Source: Myxococcota bacterium (lineage in GTDB: Bacteria > Myxococcota_A > Polyangia > Nannocystales > Nannocystaceae). From it: a stretch of 64,000 bases of DNA. Made by a program: the position numbers and the translations under genes. The stretch is taken from positions 32,001-96,000 of the forward strand of contig JBCCWC010000007.1 of the NCBI GenBank assembly GCA_039194325.1, written 5' to 3'. This document shows positions 62,000 to 64,000 of this stretch, piece by piece (the first letter of the stretch is position 1; the number at the start of each line of letters is the position of its first letter). The notes under the pieces were generated by a model. That model had not been told where the DNA came from, did no database searches, and worked only from the letters and a program-made list of their open reading frames with translations.

Positions 62000-64000
62000 T
62001 CGAGTACTTCGCGCGGCATCCGACGGCCGCCAACCTGCTGATGCTGGTGGTCGTGCTGCTAGGGGCGCTCGGGATCCCACAGCTCCAGCGCGAGACCTAC
62101 CCACAGTTCGAGACCGACACCCTCCAGGTGAGCGTGTCGTTCGCCGGGGCCGACGCTCAGGTGATGGATCAAGACGTCGTCGAGCGGATCGAAGACGTCT
62201 TGGGCGGCATGGAGGGGATCCTCTCCATGACCTCTACGGCCCGGGATGGCGGAGCCTCGATCACGATAGAGGCACAGGACGGCGCCTCGGTGGAGACACT
62301 CCTGACCGACGTAAAGTCGGCGGTCGACTCCATCCAGGACTTTCCCGAGGGCATGGAGGAGCCGGTCGTCACGCGGCGGACCCGCTCGCGAAGCGTATTG
62401 ACGATCGCGGTGACCGGCCCCATGTCGGGACAAGATCTGCTGCTCTACCTTGCCCAGCTCAAGCGACGCCTGCTCGCCCACGACGAGGTCACGCAGGTAA
62501 GCATCGCGGGTTTCTCGACCCACCAGCTGCGAATACGGCTCGATCCATCGGCGCTCGCGCGCTACGCACTCAACGTCGAGACCGTCTCCCAAGCGGTCGC
62601 GGCCCAGAGCCTCGACAACCCGCTGGGGAGCCTGGAGACCCGGACCGGCAGCATCTTGGTGCGCTACGCCGATCGGCGCACCACCCCTGAGGCGTTGGCA
62701 TCGCTGGTCGTGGCTACGGCCGAGGGGGGGGGCGAGATCCGACTGCGCGACGTGGCGGAGGTCGACGACGCGTTCGCGGTGGAAGAAGAGCAGACCTATT
62801 TCAATGGTCAGCGCGCGGGCCTGCTGGTGGTCGACAAGGCCTCCACCGAAGACAGCCTCGACGTCCGCGATGCGGTGCAAGAGTTCCTCGATGAGCAGCA
62901 GCGGGTCAAGCCCGATGGTGTAGAGCTGGCGATCATCAACGACTCCACCTCGGTCATCGAAGACCGGCTCGCGCTGCTGCTCACCAACGGCGTACAGGGC
63001 CTGCTGCTGGTGTTCCTGACCCTGTGGCTGTTCTTCGACCTACGGCTGGCCTTCTGGGTGGCGGTGGGGCTGCCGGTCTCGTTTCTTGGTGCGCTGTGGT
63101 TGATGCAGCAGACCGGTCAGTCCCTCAACATGATGACGATGATGGGGCTGCTGGTCGCGCTCGGCCTGCTGATGGACGATGCGATCGTGCTCGCTGAGAA
63201 CGTGGCCTCGCACCTGGCGCGCGGCGTCGGGCCGCTGCGAGCGGCTGTCGATGGGGTGCAGGAGGTCGCCGGCGGGGTGCTCTCCTCCTTCGTCACCACG
63301 ATCTGCGTCTTCGTGCCGCTCTCGGCGATCGATGGCCGGATCGGGCGCACCCTCCAGGTGATCCCCGCGGTGCTCATCGCGGTGCTCGCCGTGAGCCTCA
63401 TCGAGGCATTCTTGATCCTGCCCAATCACTTGGGCCACTCGCTTCGCCACTCGGTTGCCGGGCGTCAGGCTCCCAACCGCTTCCGGCGCATATTCGATGC
63501 CGCCTTCGACGCTGTCCGCGAGCGTGGCCTGGGTCGCCTGGTCGACTTCGCCGTGCGTCACCGGTATGGGGCCATGGGCTTGACCGTGGCGGCCTTGTTG
63601 ATCTCGGCCGGGGTGCTCGAGGGCGGACACCTGCGCTATCAGGCTTTTCCAGACACCGAGGGCAACACCGTCGAGCTCCGGCTTGCGCTGCCCATCGGCA
63701 CCGCGCTGCCCCAGACGATGCTCGAGGTCGAGCGCGTCGTAGAGGCGGCCCAGAGGGCGGGGGCGGCCTTTAGCGCCGATCAACCGGAGGGCGAGCGGCT
63801 GGTCCGCAACACCTCCGCTCGCTTCAACTACAACCCCGACGTCGACGAAACGGGACCCCACGTGGCCACGATAACCGTCGATCTACTGGACGTAGAGCGT
63901 CGCGGTACGACCCTCGCGGATTTCACTTCACGGTGGCGCGAGGAGCTAGGTCCTCTCCCTAGCGCGGTATCGGCCAAGTTCGGCCAGGGGGGTCGCCGTG
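61996..64000 (+). CDS. RND efflux permease (AcrB family), cut by window edge
   Basis: GTG start IEYFARHPTAANLLM; GLLMDDAIVLAEN; absent from the ORF track because no stop falls in the window. Confidence 0.92.
   Translation, partial: MIEYFARHPTAANLLMLVVVLLGALGIPQLQRETYPQFETDTLQVSVSFAGADAQVMDQDVVERIEDVLGGMEGILSMTSTARDGGASITIEAQDGASVETLLTDVKSAVDSIQDFPEGMEEPVVTRRTRSRSVLTIAVTGPMSGQDLLLYLAQLKRRLLAHDEVTQVSIAGFSTHQLRIRLDPSALARYALNVETVSQAVAAQSLDNPLGSLETRTGSILVRYADRRTTPEALASLVVATAEGGGEIRLRDVAEVDDAFAVEEEQTYFNGQRAGLLVVDKASTEDSLDVRDAVQEFLDEQQRVKPDGVELAIINDSTSVIEDRLALLLTNGVQGLLLVFLTLWLFFDLRLAFWVAVGLPVSFLGALWLMQQTGQSLNMMTMMGLLVALGLLMDDAIVLAENVASHLARGVGPLRAAVDGVQEVAGGVLSSFVTTICVFVPLSAIDGRIGRTLQVIPAVLIAVLAVSLIEAFLILPNHLGHSLRHSVAGRQAPNRFRRIFDAAFDAVRERGLGRLVDFAVRHRYGAMGLTVAALLISAGVLEGGHLRYQAFPDTEGNTVELRLALPIGTALPQTMLEVERVVEAAQRAGAAFSADQPEGERLVRNTSARFNYNPDVDETGPHVATITVDLLDVERRGTTLADFTSRWREELGPLPSAVSAKFGQGGRR

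Overview
GC-rich window that looks like a myxobacterial (Nannocystaceae-like) chromosome, judged from the MYXO-CTERM tail, Cys-rich lipoproteins, Ser/Thr kinase-TPR proteins and VWA lipoproteins. It holds about 48 CDS, including a carbamoyltransferase-SxtJ-DUF5989-SGNH operon, AmrS radical SAM, an ECF sigma cluster, BlaI/BlaR1 with operators, a P450, a RavA/ViaA-like AAA-VWA pair and an RND efflux operon cut by the window edge. The most notable items are: (1) an array of four tRNA-Pro genes (CGG, GGG, CGG, TGG) with non-canonical features, abutting an unannotated ~340-nt nested RNA-like fold; (2) a GGPP synthase plus UbiA-type terpene cyclase operon; (3) a plant-type cyclopropylsterol isomerase (CPI1) homolog; (4) an orphan HAE/CxxC deaminase next to a truncated psuG; (5) a 42-bp-phased palindrome array and several 13-bp tandem arrays. 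All calls come from motifs read by eye; no searches or folding programs were run. Several start codons were moved from the ORF track to more plausible positions.
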